Below are positions 1-18,576 of a stretch of DNA of 64,000 nt, piece by piece (the first letter of the stretch is position 1; every line of letters starts with the position of its first letter). A model generated the notes under the pieces. That model was not told the origin of the DNA. It was given only the letters and a program-made list of their open reading frames with translations, and made no database searches. Source of the stretch: the human T2T-CHM13v2.0 reference genome, Homo sapiens; NCBI RefSeq assembly GCF_009914755.1, contig NC_060939.1. One strand, given 5' to 3'. Both the position numbers and the translations under genes were made by a program.

Positions 1-720
1 AAATAGATAAGGTAAATATTATTAGATCTAAAGGAAGATATAGACAGCAATACAATAATAGTAGGTGACTTCAACACCCCACTTTCAACAATGAATATAT
101 CATCCAGACAAAAAACAACAGAGAAACTGAACAACTTAACTGAAACTTCATAGACCAAATAGTCCTAACAGACATTTACAGAACGTTTTATGCAACAGCT
201 AGGGAATACACATTCTTCTTAGCTACACATAAAAGATTCTCCAGGATAGATCATATGCTATGCCCCTAACAAGTCATACCAAATTTATTAAGGAGGAGAT
301 TATAACAAGTATATATTTTTCTTATACACAGTAGTATAAAATTAGAATTTAAGAAAAGCTTCAGAAGTTTTACAAATACATATAAATTAAACAACATGCT
401 CCTCAACAACCAATAGGTCAATGAAGAAATTAAAAGGTAAATTAAAAAAATAAATTTGAGACAAAAATAAAAACACATTATACCAAAACACAGCAAAAGC
501 AGTTCTAGGAGGGAATCTTACGGCAATGAACACCTACATTAAAGAAGAAGTAAAATTTTGAATAAAGAACCTATTAATACACCTCAAGTAACTACAAAAA
601 CAAGAACAAACCAAATCCAAAATTGATAGAAGGAAAGAAATAACAAAAGTCAGAGGAGAAATAAACAAAATAGAGACCCACCAAAAAAAATCAAAAAAAT
701 TAATGGAGCAAATAATTGAT
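1..720 (+). mobile_element. Old LINE-1 (L1MA-type) ORF2 fragment, left part of the outermost host element
   Basis: A-rich degenerate L1 ORF2 sequence (gtaggtgacttcaacaccccactttca..., ccaggatagatcatatg...); resumes collinearly at ~13325. Confidence 0.85.
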
Positions 721-1272
721 TTTTTTTCTTCCCAACTTTTATTTTAGGTTCGAGTATACATGTACAGGTTTGTTACATGGGTAAATTGTTCACCATGGGG
801 GTTTGGTGTGCATATTATTTTATCATCTAGCTAATAAGCATAGTACCTGATAGGTAGTTTTTTTATCGTTACCCTACTCTCACTCCCCACCCTCTAGTAG
901 GACACACTGTTTATTTTTCCCTTCTTTTGGCCATGTGTACTCAACGTTTAGCTTGCATTTATAAGTTAGAACATGCAGTATTTGTTTTTCTGTTCCTGTA
1001 TTAATTCACTGAGGATAATGGCCTCCAGCTTCACCATGTTGCTGTAAAGGACATAATTTTATACTTTTTATGGCTGCATAGTATTCCATGGTGTATATGT
1101 ACAACATTTTCTCTATCCAGTCCACCCTTAATGGGCATCTATGTGTTGATTCCATGTCTTTGCTATTGTGTATAATGCTACAATGGGCATACGTGTTCAT
1201 GAGCCTGTATGGTATGACAATTTATATTCCTTTAGTGTATAATGGGATTACTGGGTTGAATGGTGTTTCTGG

Positions 1273-2041
1273 TTTTTTTTTTTTTTTGTCGTTTTGTTTT
1301 GTTTTTTTGTCTTTTGTAGAGATTGGCAGACTTTAATATTCAAGAAAAATTAATTTCATCATACACATTAAAAATATAGGAAATTTCATGCAGACATGAA
1401 GCTTCCAATTCAGCTTTTGTGGCAAATTTTAGAATGAGAGTTACATATAAATACAGTACATTTTACAGTTAAACTTTATAATTTTATACTATTTATACAG
1501 CTTCTCCTTATATTGTACATATTCCACCTTGCTCACTTGATTAATGTACCCTAATCAAGTGCAGTGTATCTGCACTGCTTCAGAATTGGAAATTAAAGAA
1601 GAAAAACCACAAGCACAATGGACTGTCTCCTCTCGTTTCACAAAGTATATGAAAAAGTTTGTGTATATAGCTAATTTAAGAAAAACATTTTAAACTTTAA
1701 AGCTTACATACTTTAGTAGCTAGGACTAAAATTAATACAAAATTAAATAAATCCTCCAGCGATACTTCTATTACCCATTGATACCACATTTTCAAATTTA
1801 GAATATATTAACTGCAAAAGCTATAAGAAAAAAAGTGATGCAAATTTGTATAGAACATTTAAAAAACAACATTCATGATATGAGGGATAAATTAACAAAT
1901 GAAGTAACTGATTTCAGAATTAACTAAAACATATGCTATAATTTAGAAATGTAACATTATTAAAGAAAACCTAATAGAAAAAAAATAATTAATAAAGCCA
2001 ACCCACCAGAGTCAACCTGTTTTTGCCTGTGAGAAAAACAA
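1273..2041 (-). pseudogene. 5'-truncated processed retrocopy of an mRNA 3'UTR (or orphan 3' transduction); parent unidentified
   Basis: Non-L1 AT-rich block splitting the L1 3' region; poly(A) tail (T/GTTTT run 1273-1316); ATTAAA on minus strand at 1332-1337; TSD gtgtttctggtttt (1263-1276) / gtatttctgtttt (2042-2054). Confidence 0.8.
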
Positions 2042-4143
2042 GTATTTCTGTTTTAAGTTCTTTGTGAAATCTCCAAACTGCTTTCCATAGTGCCTGAACT
2101 AATTTATATTCCTACCAGCAATGTATAGGCATTTCCTTTTCTCTGCAGCCTCCTGGGCATCTGTTTTTTATTTTTTAATGTCCATTCTGACTAATGTGAG
2201 GTGGTATTTCATTGCGGTTTTGATTTGTATTTCTCTGATGATTAGTGATGTTGATCATTTTTTCACATGCTTGTTGGCCACGTGTATGTCTTCTTTGAGA
2301 AGTGTCTGTTCATGTCTCTTCCCTATTATTAATAGTGTTGTTTGTTTTATGTGTGTTAATTTGTTTAAATTCCTTATAGATTCTGAATATTAGACCTTTG
2401 TCAGATGCATAGTTTGAAAATATTTTCCCCCATTCTGTAGGTTGGCTGTTTTCTCCATTGGTAGTTTCTTTTGCTGTGCAACAGCTCTTTATTTGAATTA
2501 GGTCCCACTTGTCATTTTTGTTGTTGTTGTTGCAATTGCTTTCGAAAACTTCTTCATGAAATCCTTGTCAGGGTCTATGTCCAGAATAGTATTACCAGGG
2601 TTTTCTCCTGGGGCTTTTACAGTTTTGGTTTTTACACTTAACATCTGTAGTCCATGTTGAGTTTATTTTTGCATATGGTGGGAAAAAGTTTCCAGTTTCA
2701 ATCTGCATATAGCTAGCTAGCTATCCCAGTAACATTTATTCAATAGGGAGTTTTTCCCCATTGCTTGTTTTTGCCAACTTTGTCAAAGATAAGATGGTTG
2801 TAGATTGTATGGCTTTATTTCTATGTTTTCTAACCTATTCTATTGGTTTATGTGTCTGTTTTTGTACCATTATTGTGCTGGTTTTGGTTACTATAGCCTT
2901 ATAGTGTAGTGTGAAGTCAAGTTTGATGGTTCCAGCTTTGTTCTTTTTGTTCAGGATTGTCTTGGCTACTCAGGCTTCTTTTTGGTTGCACAAGAATTTT
3001 AGAATAGTTTTTAAATAATTCGGTGAAAAATATCATTGGTAGTTTTATACGGATAGTATTGAATCCACAAGTTGCTTTGGACAGTATGGACATTTAAACA
3101 ATAATAATTCTTCCTATCCATGAGCATAGAATGTTTTCCCATTTACTTGTGTCATCTCTGATTTCTTTCAGCAGTGTTTTGCAATTCTCATTGTAGAGAT
3201 CATTCACTTCCTTGGTTAGCTGTATTTCTAGATATTTTATTCTTTTAGTGGCTATTGTGAATGTGATTGCAGTCTTGATTTTGCTGTCAGCTTGGATGCT
3301 ATTGGTGTACAGAAATGCTGCTGTTTTTTGTACATTGATTTTGTAACCTGAAAATTTGTTGGTTGTTTATCAGATCTAGAAATCTTTGGGCAGAGATTAT
3401 TGTTTTTTTAATTTATAAAATTATATCATCTGTGAGGAGAGATAATTTGACTTTCTCTCTTCCTATTTGAATGCCTTTTATTTCCTTCTCTTGCCTGATT
3501 GCTTTGGTTAGGACTTCCAATACTATGTTGAATAGGCATGGTAAGAGTGGGCATCCTTGTGTGGTCTGGTTTTTCAAGGGAAGTGCTTCCAGCTTTTGCA
3601 CATTCAGTATGATATTGGTTGTGGTTTGGTCATAGATGGTTCTTATTATTCTGAAGTCTGCCCCTCTGATGCCTAGTTTACTGCAGGTTTTTAATATGAA
3701 ATGATGTTGAATTTTATCAAGAGCCTTTTCTGCATCTATTGAAATAAGTATGATTTTTTTGTTTTTAGTTCATTTTATGTGATGAATCACATTTATTGAT
3801 TTGTGTATTTTGAACCAACCTTGCATCCCATGAATAACACCTACTTGACTGTGTTGGGTTAGCGCTTCGATGGTCTCCTGGATTCAGTTGGCTAGTATTT
3901 GTTGAGAATTTTTGCATGTATGTTCATCGTGTATATTGTCCTGATATTTTCTTTTTGTTGTGTCTCTGCCAGGTTTTGGTATCAGAATTATAGTGGCCTC
4001 ATAGAGTGACTTAGGGAGGAGTCCCTACTCCTCAATTTTTTGGAATAGTTTATGTAGAATTGGTACCAGCTCTTCTTTATATGTCTCGTAGAATTCAGCT
4101 GTGAATTCTTCTGGTCCAGAGCTTTTTCTAGTTGGTAGGGTTT

Positions 4144-4658
<515 letters not shown>

Positions 4659-4688
4659 TGAAGATTTTTTTGTATTTCTGTGGGGTAG

Positions 4689-5251
<563 letters not shown>

Positions 5252-6213
5252 CATTTATCTTCTGAATGGTCTTGTGCATCTCAGTTTCATTCAGTTCAGC
5301 CTTGGGGCGATTTGGTTTGCTTTTGTTTTCCTAGCTCCTCTAGGTGTCATGCTGGGTTGTTAATTCGACACTTTTCCACTTTTTTTTATATGAGCATTTA
5401 GCTCTATAAATTTTCCTCTTAACACTGCTTTAGCTGTGTCCCAGAGATTCTGGTATGTTTTATCTTTGTTTTCTTTACTTTCTAAGAATTTTTTGATTTC
5501 TGTCTTAGTCTTACTGTTTACCCAAAAGTCATTCAGAAGCAGGTTGTTTAATTTTCATGTAATCATATGGCTTAGAGAGGTCTTCTTAGTATTGATTTCT
5601 ATTTTTATCTTGCTGGGATCTGTGAGTGTAGTATATATATATATGTTTAGAATTGCTTTATGTTTGAGCATGTGGTGAATTTTAGATTATGTGTCATGTG
5701 CAGATGATAAGCATGTGTATTCTGTTTTGGTTGGGTGGAATGTTCTGTAGATATCTGTTAGGTCCATTTGGTCAAGTGTCGAGCTTAGGTCCCAAATATC
5801 TTTGATAGTTTCTGCCTTGATAATGTGTCTTATACTGTCAGTGGGATACTGACACCTTCCACTATTGTTATGTGGTTATCTAGCCTACCATGAAGATCTT
5901 TAAGAACTTGTTTTGTGAATCTGGGTGCTCCAGTGTTAGGTGTATATATATATTTAGGATAGTTAAGTTTTCTTGTTGAATTGAACCCTTTATCACTATG
6001 TTGTGCCCTTCTTATCCTTTTTTGATCATCATTAGTTTAAAGTATGTTTTGTTTGGAATTAGAATAGCAAACACTGCTCTATTTTGTTTTCCATTTGCTT
6101 GATAGATCTTTCTCCATACCTTTGCTTTGAGCCTATGGATATCATGGCATGTGAAATGGGTTTCTTTAAAAGAGCATATAGATGGGTCTGTCTTCTTTTT
6201 GTTTTTTTTTTTT

Positions 6214-6593
6214 GTAAATTTTCTGAATTTATTCTGATGCAATAATCAGTGCACAAAGATGGACGTACAAGAATGTTTGTTATAGCAGTATTTACAATTG
6301 GATACAAACTAAATGTTTAACATCTGTGACTATTTAAATTGTGGTAGAGTCATAAAATGGAATTTTTTTATAGCCATTAGGAACAATGATATACTTGTAC
6401 ATATCTTGACAAGGAAAGATGTTCATGCCATATTATAAAATTAGAAAATAGATTATAGAATATGTGTACTATTATTCCACTTTTGCCAGAATGTTTATTC
6501 ACATGCATGCATTTGTACAGATAGAAAATGTCTGAAAGTACAAATATCAAAGTGCTGATGGTAGTATCTGCCGGGTTGTGGAATTATGGTAAC
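6214..6593 (-). other. 3'-transduced flank (an ancient L1ME-type 3' fragment, oriented +) carried by the L1PB
   Basis: Lies between the L1PB's own A-rich tail (6594-6625) and a second poly(A) (6196-6213); AATAAA on minus strand at 6228-6233. Confidence 0.75.
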
Positions 6594-7911
6594 TTTTTTC
6601 TTTTCTTGTTTTATTATTGTTATTTCAATAATTTCAGGGGAACACGTAGTGTTTGGTTACATGGATAAGTTCTGTAGTGGTGATTTCCGAGATTTTGGTG
6701 CTCCCATAACCCAAGCACTGTCCACTGTACCCAGTGTGTAGTCTTTTATCCCTCACCCCTCGTCTCAGCCTTCCCCCTAGTCCCCAGACACCATTATATC
6801 ATTATTATGTTTTTGTGTCCTCATAGCTTATCTCCCAATTATAAGTGAGAACATACAATGCTTGCTTTTCCATTCCTGAGTTACTTCACTTAGAATAATG
6901 GTCACCAACTCCATCCAGGTTGCTGTGAATGACATTATTTTGTGGGCTTTTTTTGGTTCCATATGAATTTTAGGATTGTTTTTTCTAGTTCCATGAAGAA
7001 TGATGATGGTATTTCGATGGGAATTGCATTGAATTTGTAGATTGCTTTTGGCAGTATGGTCATTGTCACAATATTGATTCTATCATCCATGAGCATGAGA
7101 TATGTTTCCATTTGTTTGTGTCATCTATGACTTCTTTCAGCAGTGTTTTATAGTTTTACCTGTACAGATCTTTCGCCTCTTTGGTTAGGTGTATTCCTAA
7201 GTATTTTAAATTTTTTGCAGCTGTTGTAAGAGGAATTGAGTTCTTGATTTGATTTTCAGCTTGGTCGCTGTTGGTGTTTTACAGAGCTACTGATTTGTGT
7301 GGATTGATTTTATATTCTGAAACTTTACCGAATTCACTTTTCAGATCTAGGAGCTTTTTGGATGAGTCTTCAGGGTTTTCTAGGTATACGATCATATCAT
7401 CACCAAACAGCAATAGTTTGACTCCTTACTATCAGTTTGGATGCCCTTTATTTCTTTCTATTGTCTAATTGCTCTGGCTAGGACTTCCAGTATTATGTTG
7501 AATAGAAGTGGTGAGAGTGGACATCCTTGTCTTATTCCTATTCTCAGGGGGAATGCTTTCAACTTTTCCCCATTCAGTATAATGTTGGCTGTGGGTTTGT
7601 CATAGATGGCTTTTATTACATTAAGGTATGTCCCTTCCATGCCAATTTTACTGAGGATTTTAATCATGAAGGGATGCTAGGTTATTTGTTTGTCTGAAAA
7701 AGTCTCTCTTTCCCTCATTTATGAAGCTTAGTTTCTCTTGAAACAAAAGTTGTGGCTAATAATTATTTTGTTTAAGGAGTCTAAATGTATTACCCCCCAA
7801 TCCCTTCTGGCTTGCAGGGTTTCTGCTGAGAAATCTGCTATTAATCTGATAGATTTTCCTTAATAGGTTACCTGATACTTTTGCCTCACAGCTCTTAAGA
7901 TTCTTTCATTC

Positions 7912-8212
<301 letters not shown>

Positions 8213-9502
8213 TCATCTTGACTTTAGATGACCTGATGACTATGAGCCTAGGAAATGATCTTTTTGCTATGAATTTCCTAGGTGTTCATTGAGCTTCTTG
8301 TATTTGTATGTCTCGATCTCTAGCAAGACCAGAGAGGTTTTTCTTGATTATTTCCTCAAATGAGTTTTCTCTTTTAGATTTCTCTTTTTCCTGAGGAACA
8401 CCAATATTCTTATGCCTGGATGTTTAACATAATCCCAAATTTCTTGGAGGCTTTGTTCATTTTTTAGATCTCTTTTGTCTTTGTTTTTGTCAGATCGGCT
8501 TAATTCAAAAGCCTTGCCTTCGAGCTCTGAAGTTCCTTCTACTTATTTGATTCTGTTGTTGAAACTTTCCAGTGTGTTTTGCGTTTCTCTAAGTGTGTCT
8601 TTCAATTCCAGAAGTTGTGATTGTCTTTTCTTTATGATATCTATTTCTTTGGAGACTTTTTCACTTGTATCCTGTATTTTTTTTTAATTTCTTTAAACTG
8701 ACTTTCACCTTTCTCTGGTGCCTTATTGAGTAGCTTAATAATCATCCTTCTCAATTCTTTTTCTGGTAATTCAGAGGTTTCTTCTTGGTTTAGATCCATT
8801 GTTGGAGATCGAGTGTGATCTTTTAGGGGTGTTATAAAACCTTACTTTGTCATATTACAAGAATTACTTTTCTTCTCCCTCATTTGGGAAGACTGTTTCA
8901 GTGGAATGATTTCAAACTCAAGGGCTGCTGTTCAGCTTCTTTTTTCCCACAGGATGATCCACTGATGTAGTGCTCTCCCCCTTCCTCTAGGATAGGGCTT
9001 CCTGAGAGCCAGACTGCAGTGATTGTTATTGCCCTTCTGGGTTTAGCCACCCAGCAGGGCTACCAAGCTCCAGGCTTGTGCTGGGGAATGTCTGCAAAGA
9101 GTCCTGTGATATGATCTGTCTTCAGGTCTTCCAGTCATGGATACCATCAGCTGCTCCACTGGAGGTGGCAGGGTAGTGAAGTGGACTCTGTGAGAGTCCT
9201 TGGTTATAGTTTTGTTTAGTGCACTGGTTTTCTCTAATGCTGGTTATGCCAGCAGTGAAGTTGTCACATGGACAGACTCAGGACCTCTGTTTAGCCAGGG
9301 TGTTGAAGGTGTTAGCCATTGTTTTCTCCTTCTTTGGAGCAAGGATGTTCTGTCCTGAGTTGCTGTAGAGGCTTGAGTTGGTTTTCCTCTAGCCAGGAGG
9401 TGGCACTTTCAAGAGAGTGCCAGGTGCAGTAGTAGAAGGGGGATATAATCTTGCCCTGTGTTGGCCAGGATGAGTACTCAGGTTCCTCAGGTGATGGTTG
9501 GC

Positions 9503-9518
9503 GGGGGGGGGGGGGGGG
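9503..9518 (+). repeat. G16 homopolymer in the L1PB 5'UTR
   Basis: Direct read. Confidence 0.95.
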
Positions 9519-10901
9519 TCATAGAACTCCCAAGAGATTACATCTTTTGTTTTCAGCTGCCAGGGTGAGTAGAGAAAAACCATCAGGTGGGGGCAGGATT
9601 AGACAGGTCTGAGCTCAGACTCTCTGGGTGGGGCTGCTACCACTGTGGGGGGTGGGGGTGGTTCTCAGGTCAGTGGAGTTATGTTCTCTGGGGGATTATG
9701 GCTGCCTTTGCTGCTTCATACAGGTTGCCAGGGAAATGGGAGAAAGCCAGAAGTGACAGGCCTCACCTGGCTCCTATGCAGCCAGCAAGACCAGTCTCTC
9801 TCGCACCATGAATCCCCAGCTGCACCGAGTTCATGTCCAGGTGATCAGAGCTGAGATCTTGCCCCAAGGCACAAGCCTCCCTGCTGAGAAAGTGGGCAGG
9901 GCTCTCAGGCCTTGCCTCCCCACCTGCCCTCACCATTGGATGTGGCTTCTGTGCTTGTATCTGCACTTCCCATTCGCCCCCCTCAGACTCTGCTCAGGAA
10001 AGTTTGTGCTCAGTCAAAATTACTACAAAGTTCAGCTAGGACCTATATTTGCCCTGTGGCCCCTCCCCAATTCTGCTGGCCACCTTCCCTTCCAGAAGGA
10101 CCTCTGTGAGATAAGGCCAGAATGACTTTCCTGGGGCTCAAGCTGAGAACCAGGAGGGTCCTGATGCTTCTTCTACTTTTATATTTTGCTTGGCTGCCTA
10201 AATCCATTTCAGCTCTAGGTAAGGTTAATCCTTCTCCTGTGATCTGGATTTTCAGGTTCTTTAGTGGGGATGTGTGTTCAAAGGCTGAATTTTTTTCCCC
10301 CTCACATTTTGGGAACTCACAGTTTTTTGGCTGTCTCATGGGGTTTGCAGCGGCAAGCCTCTTCTTTCAAAGGGTTTGTGAATTCTTCCAGTTTTTCTGG
10401 TGTGTTCCTGCAGTGGTTCATGGAGCGAAAGTTCACATGTAAGTCTCCAGACACTGTCCTGTCATCTAAGCCGGAGCTGCACGTTAGTCCTATCTCCTGT
10501 CTGCCATTTTATGGGAGATCTTTTTTCTTTATCCAAATTGCCACTCTCTGCCTTTTAAGTAGGGGCACTTATCCTGTTTACATTTAAGGTTAATATTGAT
10601 ATGTGCTGATTTGATCCTGTCATTGTGTTGTTAGCTGGTTGTTATGCAGACTTGATTGTGTAGTTGCTTTATAGTGTCAATGGTCTATGTGTTTAAGTAT
10701 GTTTTTGTTGTGGCTGCTAATAGTCTTTAGTTTCCATGTTTAGCCCTCCCTTAAAGATCTCTTGTGAGACAAGCCTAGTGGTAACAAATTCCCTTCATGT
10801 TTGATTGTCCGAAAAGGATTTTATTTCTCCTTCACTTATGACGTTTAGTTTGGCTAGATATGAAATTCTTCGTTGGAATATTTTTTCTTTAAGAATGCTG
10901 A

Positions 10902-11197
<296 letters not shown>

Positions 11198-13324
11198 AAG
11201 AATGGTGAATATAGGCCCGCAATCTCTTCTGGCTTGTAGAGTTTTTGCTGAAAACTCTACTTTTAGCCTAATGGAGTTTCCTTTGTAGGTAACTTGCCCC
11301 TTCTCTCTAGCTCCCTTTAATATTTTTTCTTTTGCATTTACCTTGGATAATCTGACTGTGTGTCTTGGGGATGGTTATCCCATACAGTATCTCATTGGAG
11401 TTCTCTGAATTTTCTCAATTTGAATGTCAACCTCTCTAGTGAGATTGGGGGATTTTTCATGGACAATATTCTCAAATGTATTTTACAAGTTGTTTGCTCT
11501 CTCTACTTATCTTTCAGGGATGACAAAGAGTCATATGTTTGGTCTTTGTGTAATCCCATATTTCTTGGAGGTTTTGTTCATTGTTTCAAAATTCTTTTTA
11601 TTTATTTTTATCTGACAAACTTACTCAAAAAAACAGTCTTTAAGCTCTTTTCTCAACTTGTTCTATTCTGCTGTTAATATTTCCAATTATATTATAATAT
11701 TTTTGTAGTGAGTTTTTAGCTTTATCAGATCAGTTTTGTTCTTCCTTAAAATGCCTCCTTTGTCTTTTATGTCTTGTATTGTTTTACTAGATTCCTTCAT
11801 GTTCATTGCCATCCAGATTCTAAATTCTATGTCTGACATTTCAGCCATTTCAATCTAATTAAGAACTATTGCTGGGGAGCTACTGTGATCATCTGGAGGC
11901 AAGAAAACACTCTGGTATTTGAGTCACCAGAGTTTTTGTGCTGGTTCTTTCTCATCAGTGTGGCCTGATGTTCTTTTCATCTTCGTCGTTTTTGTCTTTT
12001 AGATGGTGCTTTTTGCTTTTTTATTCTTTGATGCTCATGAGGTTTTGACTGTGGCATAAGTTGGGTTTAGTTGACTGGCTTCATTTCTGGATGATATCAG
12101 GGGGCCCAGGCTAAGCTCAGCACTTCTGGTCTGCGTGCCCTAACCCTGGGTGTTGGTAGGAGGCCCACAGCTGTGTTCTCTGTCCTTATCTCTGTGTTAT
12201 CCCCTTGAGGATAAACACTTGCTTCACTAAAGGGGCCAAGTTTCTCAGTCTGCTGGCAACAACAATGGGAGATTCTTACAAAAGCACTTCACTGGGGGAG
12301 TGATAGTGGGGTTGCGCCCATGTGCACATGCTTGTGGCTGGGCAGCAGTGCATTGGAGTGCATGTTTGCATGTGTGCCAGCAGCAATAGGGCAGTGGTGT
12401 GGTGATATCTGCACATGTGCTTGCCAGCAACAGTGTAGTGGTAATGTGGAGGTGTCTGAGTGCATGCATGCTGTCGGGGTGGGGCTCTGGCATGGCGAGG
12501 CCCATGCACGCATGTGAACCAGTGGCACCAAAATGGTGAATTCCATGTGTGCACCTGTGTAGCAGTGGGGGAAAGCCACAGGCAAGTGCACACTGGCAAA
12601 GCAGTGGGAGGAGGTGTTTGGCACCTCTGTGTCTACCGAGGCCTGTCTGCTGAAGCTGTCCAGTGGTTAGATGGGATCTGCTATGATGTCTGCTGCAGGA
12701 GAAATCCTGGTTTTGGAATCCAAGCCTGCACTGCAAGTGGATGTGGTCAGGAGGGACCCAGCAAGAAGCCAGCAAATGAAGGGTGCTCAGATCAAACTGG
12801 CCTTGTCCCTGTGGGCAAGACAGCCCGTCTGTGTCCAGGTTAGAGAGCCAACAAAGCCCAAAGCCACTTAGAGGAGCATGGCATGCCTTGGAGGATGGGT
12901 GTCCCTGGTCATGCTCCATTGCAGCTGTTCTCACACCAAACTCTCTGGGCTCCACACAGGCTAGAGTACTGTCCCTGCCACTTCTTCAAGCATCTCTTCC
13001 TGCCAGCTCAGATGTCTGTGGGCATCATGAGGGTCTCCTGAAGTTAAGATTCTGGAGGTCCATGAAAAGCATGGACCAGTCTTCACCTATTTAAGTCTCT
13101 CCTTCTCCAGGAACCACTGGGGGCTGGAATGAGTCATGGTGCTTGGTGGCATTCTGCAGGGTTTTCACCTTCCTCAGCTCAGGGACTCTGTCCTCCCACC
13201 TTTCACCCTTAATGCCTTTCTTGCAAAGATCTACTTGGAGTGTGCCGGTATTCTTGATGGTCTGATGTCTCAGTGGGAGATGCTCTTCCTGGCTGAGTCT
13301 AGTCAGCAATCTTGGCTCCCCCCT

Positions 13325-16640
<3,316 letters not shown>

Positions 16641-17350
16641 TAACATTCTTTTTACAGTCACAATGACTTACATTTGCCCCAACACTGTTGGGGATAGCCT
16701 GTTGTCCCACTCAGCCGGCCAACTTGGATAATATCAAACTTTTAAAATTTTACCAATTTCTTAGGGAAAAAATGTGAATATGTTTTCATTGCATTTTTCT
16801 TATTTTTAAAAGAATGTTTAGAGTCATTTCATGGATTTGGGGTTTATTTATATATATTTTTTGAGAATTATGTGTTCATATTCTTTAATCTTTTTTTATT
16901 GATTTGTAGAAACCATGTATATGGTATGAATACCAATGCTTTGTTACTGTCTTTATTTGTCTTTAAATCCTATTTAACTGCCTCTTGCTACATTAGTAGA
17001 CCAAAAAAAAAATGTGTAGTCAAATCTCTTTTAAGCAGTATTTCTATGAGTTGTGTTCTGTTATTTTCCCTGATGTATGGAGGAGAACCCTGAAACACGT
17101 AGAGACACACAGCTAGTAAACTGCTAACCAGGATTGGAACTTGGGTCTAACAACAGGGCTACTAGAACATAGGAATTTTTCTGTTGATTTTTCTCCCCTT
17201 AATGGCTTCTGAAATTCCAAAGATAGGTTAGCAGAATTACTAAGTTCTAAGCTTCCCAGAATAAGAAAGAAAGTTTTAGAATACTTCTCACTTCCCACAA
17301 AAGGTTAGGAAAAAGTGTTGAAGAGTGTGTTGCCTTTGACTATAGCTCCG

Positions 17351-17707
17351 TGTATTAGTCCATTTTCAGGCTGCTGATAAAGACACACCCAAGACTGGGT
17401 AATTTGTAAAGAAAAAGAGGTTTAATGGACTTACAGTTCCACTTGGCTGGGGAGGCCTCACAATCACGGCAGAAAGCAAAAGGCATGTCTTACATGGTGG
17501 CAGACAAGAGAGAGCTTGTGCAGGGAAACTCCGCCTTAAAAAACCATCAGATCTCATGAGACTCATTCACTATCATGAGAACAGTACAGGGAAGACCTAC
17601 CCCCATGATTCAGTTACCTCTCACCAGGTCCCTCCCACCACATGTGGGAATTATGGGAGCTACAATTCAAGATGAGATTTGGGTGGGGACACAGCCAAAC
17701 CATATCA
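17351..17707 (-). mobile_element. THE1-type (ERVL-MaLR) solo LTR
   Basis: Reverse complement starts tgatatggtttggctgtgtccccacccaaat; TG...CA termini; 5-bp TSD ctccg/ctctg. Confidence 0.92.
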
Positions 17708-18576
17708 CTCTGTTTTGGACTTCCTATAACAGTGGCCAAATAACCAAGAAAGGCATAAAGAAAAACATCAAAGTATGTTTTGAGAGCAAAAACTTGTTAA
17801 GGGAACAATTAGCAATATATTTTACAAATACATATACACAAGTATGCCCTTCTACACACTTGCACACACATGCTTTTGTAAAAAGTTGGTGAGGATGGGC
17901 ACAGCCATGTGGAAACACAAAGCAAACAGAAACCTCAGGAGCAGAAACCTCAGGCTACTGTAGAAGACCTGATGAGACTGCTCTAAGTTAAAATGAGGAT
18001 TGGAGGTCCTGCAGCAGCCTGTGGAGTTGATAGGTGTGTGAAAGCAGCTTTGCCTGCCCTGGAGCACATCCTCAAGGGCAATGGAATAAACTCCTTGACT
18101 GAGTCTCTGGACTTGTGCCTGAACTGCCTGACCCTATCCACCCCTGTGCCTTCCCCATTCTCTGAGGGCCAATTATCTTCTGCCCATGCAGCAGCCTCTT
18201 GCATTCCCCATTCTTTTTCCTCGAATTTGAGGTTCATTCTGTCTCTGCCTTTCACTCTCCCAGCACCTCTCAGCTGGGTTCTTTCCCTCCATTCTGACAG
18301 TGTCCCAAGCTTAGCTGAGTTTGTCTTTCCAGCCTGAGTCCCCAAACTGTGCTTGGGCCGTTCTCGTATTTCATTTTTGACAGGACTGTGATTCCTTCCT
18401 CTCTTCTGAGTTTCTCTGTGGAGATGTTTCTCAGAATCGCAGGCCTGTGTCCTTGTCGTGTTCCCTGATAGCACAGAAGTCTTGATTCAACAACAAACAG
18501 TGGCACCTGGTGCCCCCAGCATTTCCTGATTTTGTATGATTTCATTAAAATATACCTACCTACTGTATCTAATCAG

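Noticed and set aside
12245-12955. 236-aa ORF and overlapping His/Cys-rich ORFs
   Set aside because: They lie in the CpG-decayed (TG/CA-rich) tandem region of the L1 5'UTR; composition explains the open frames
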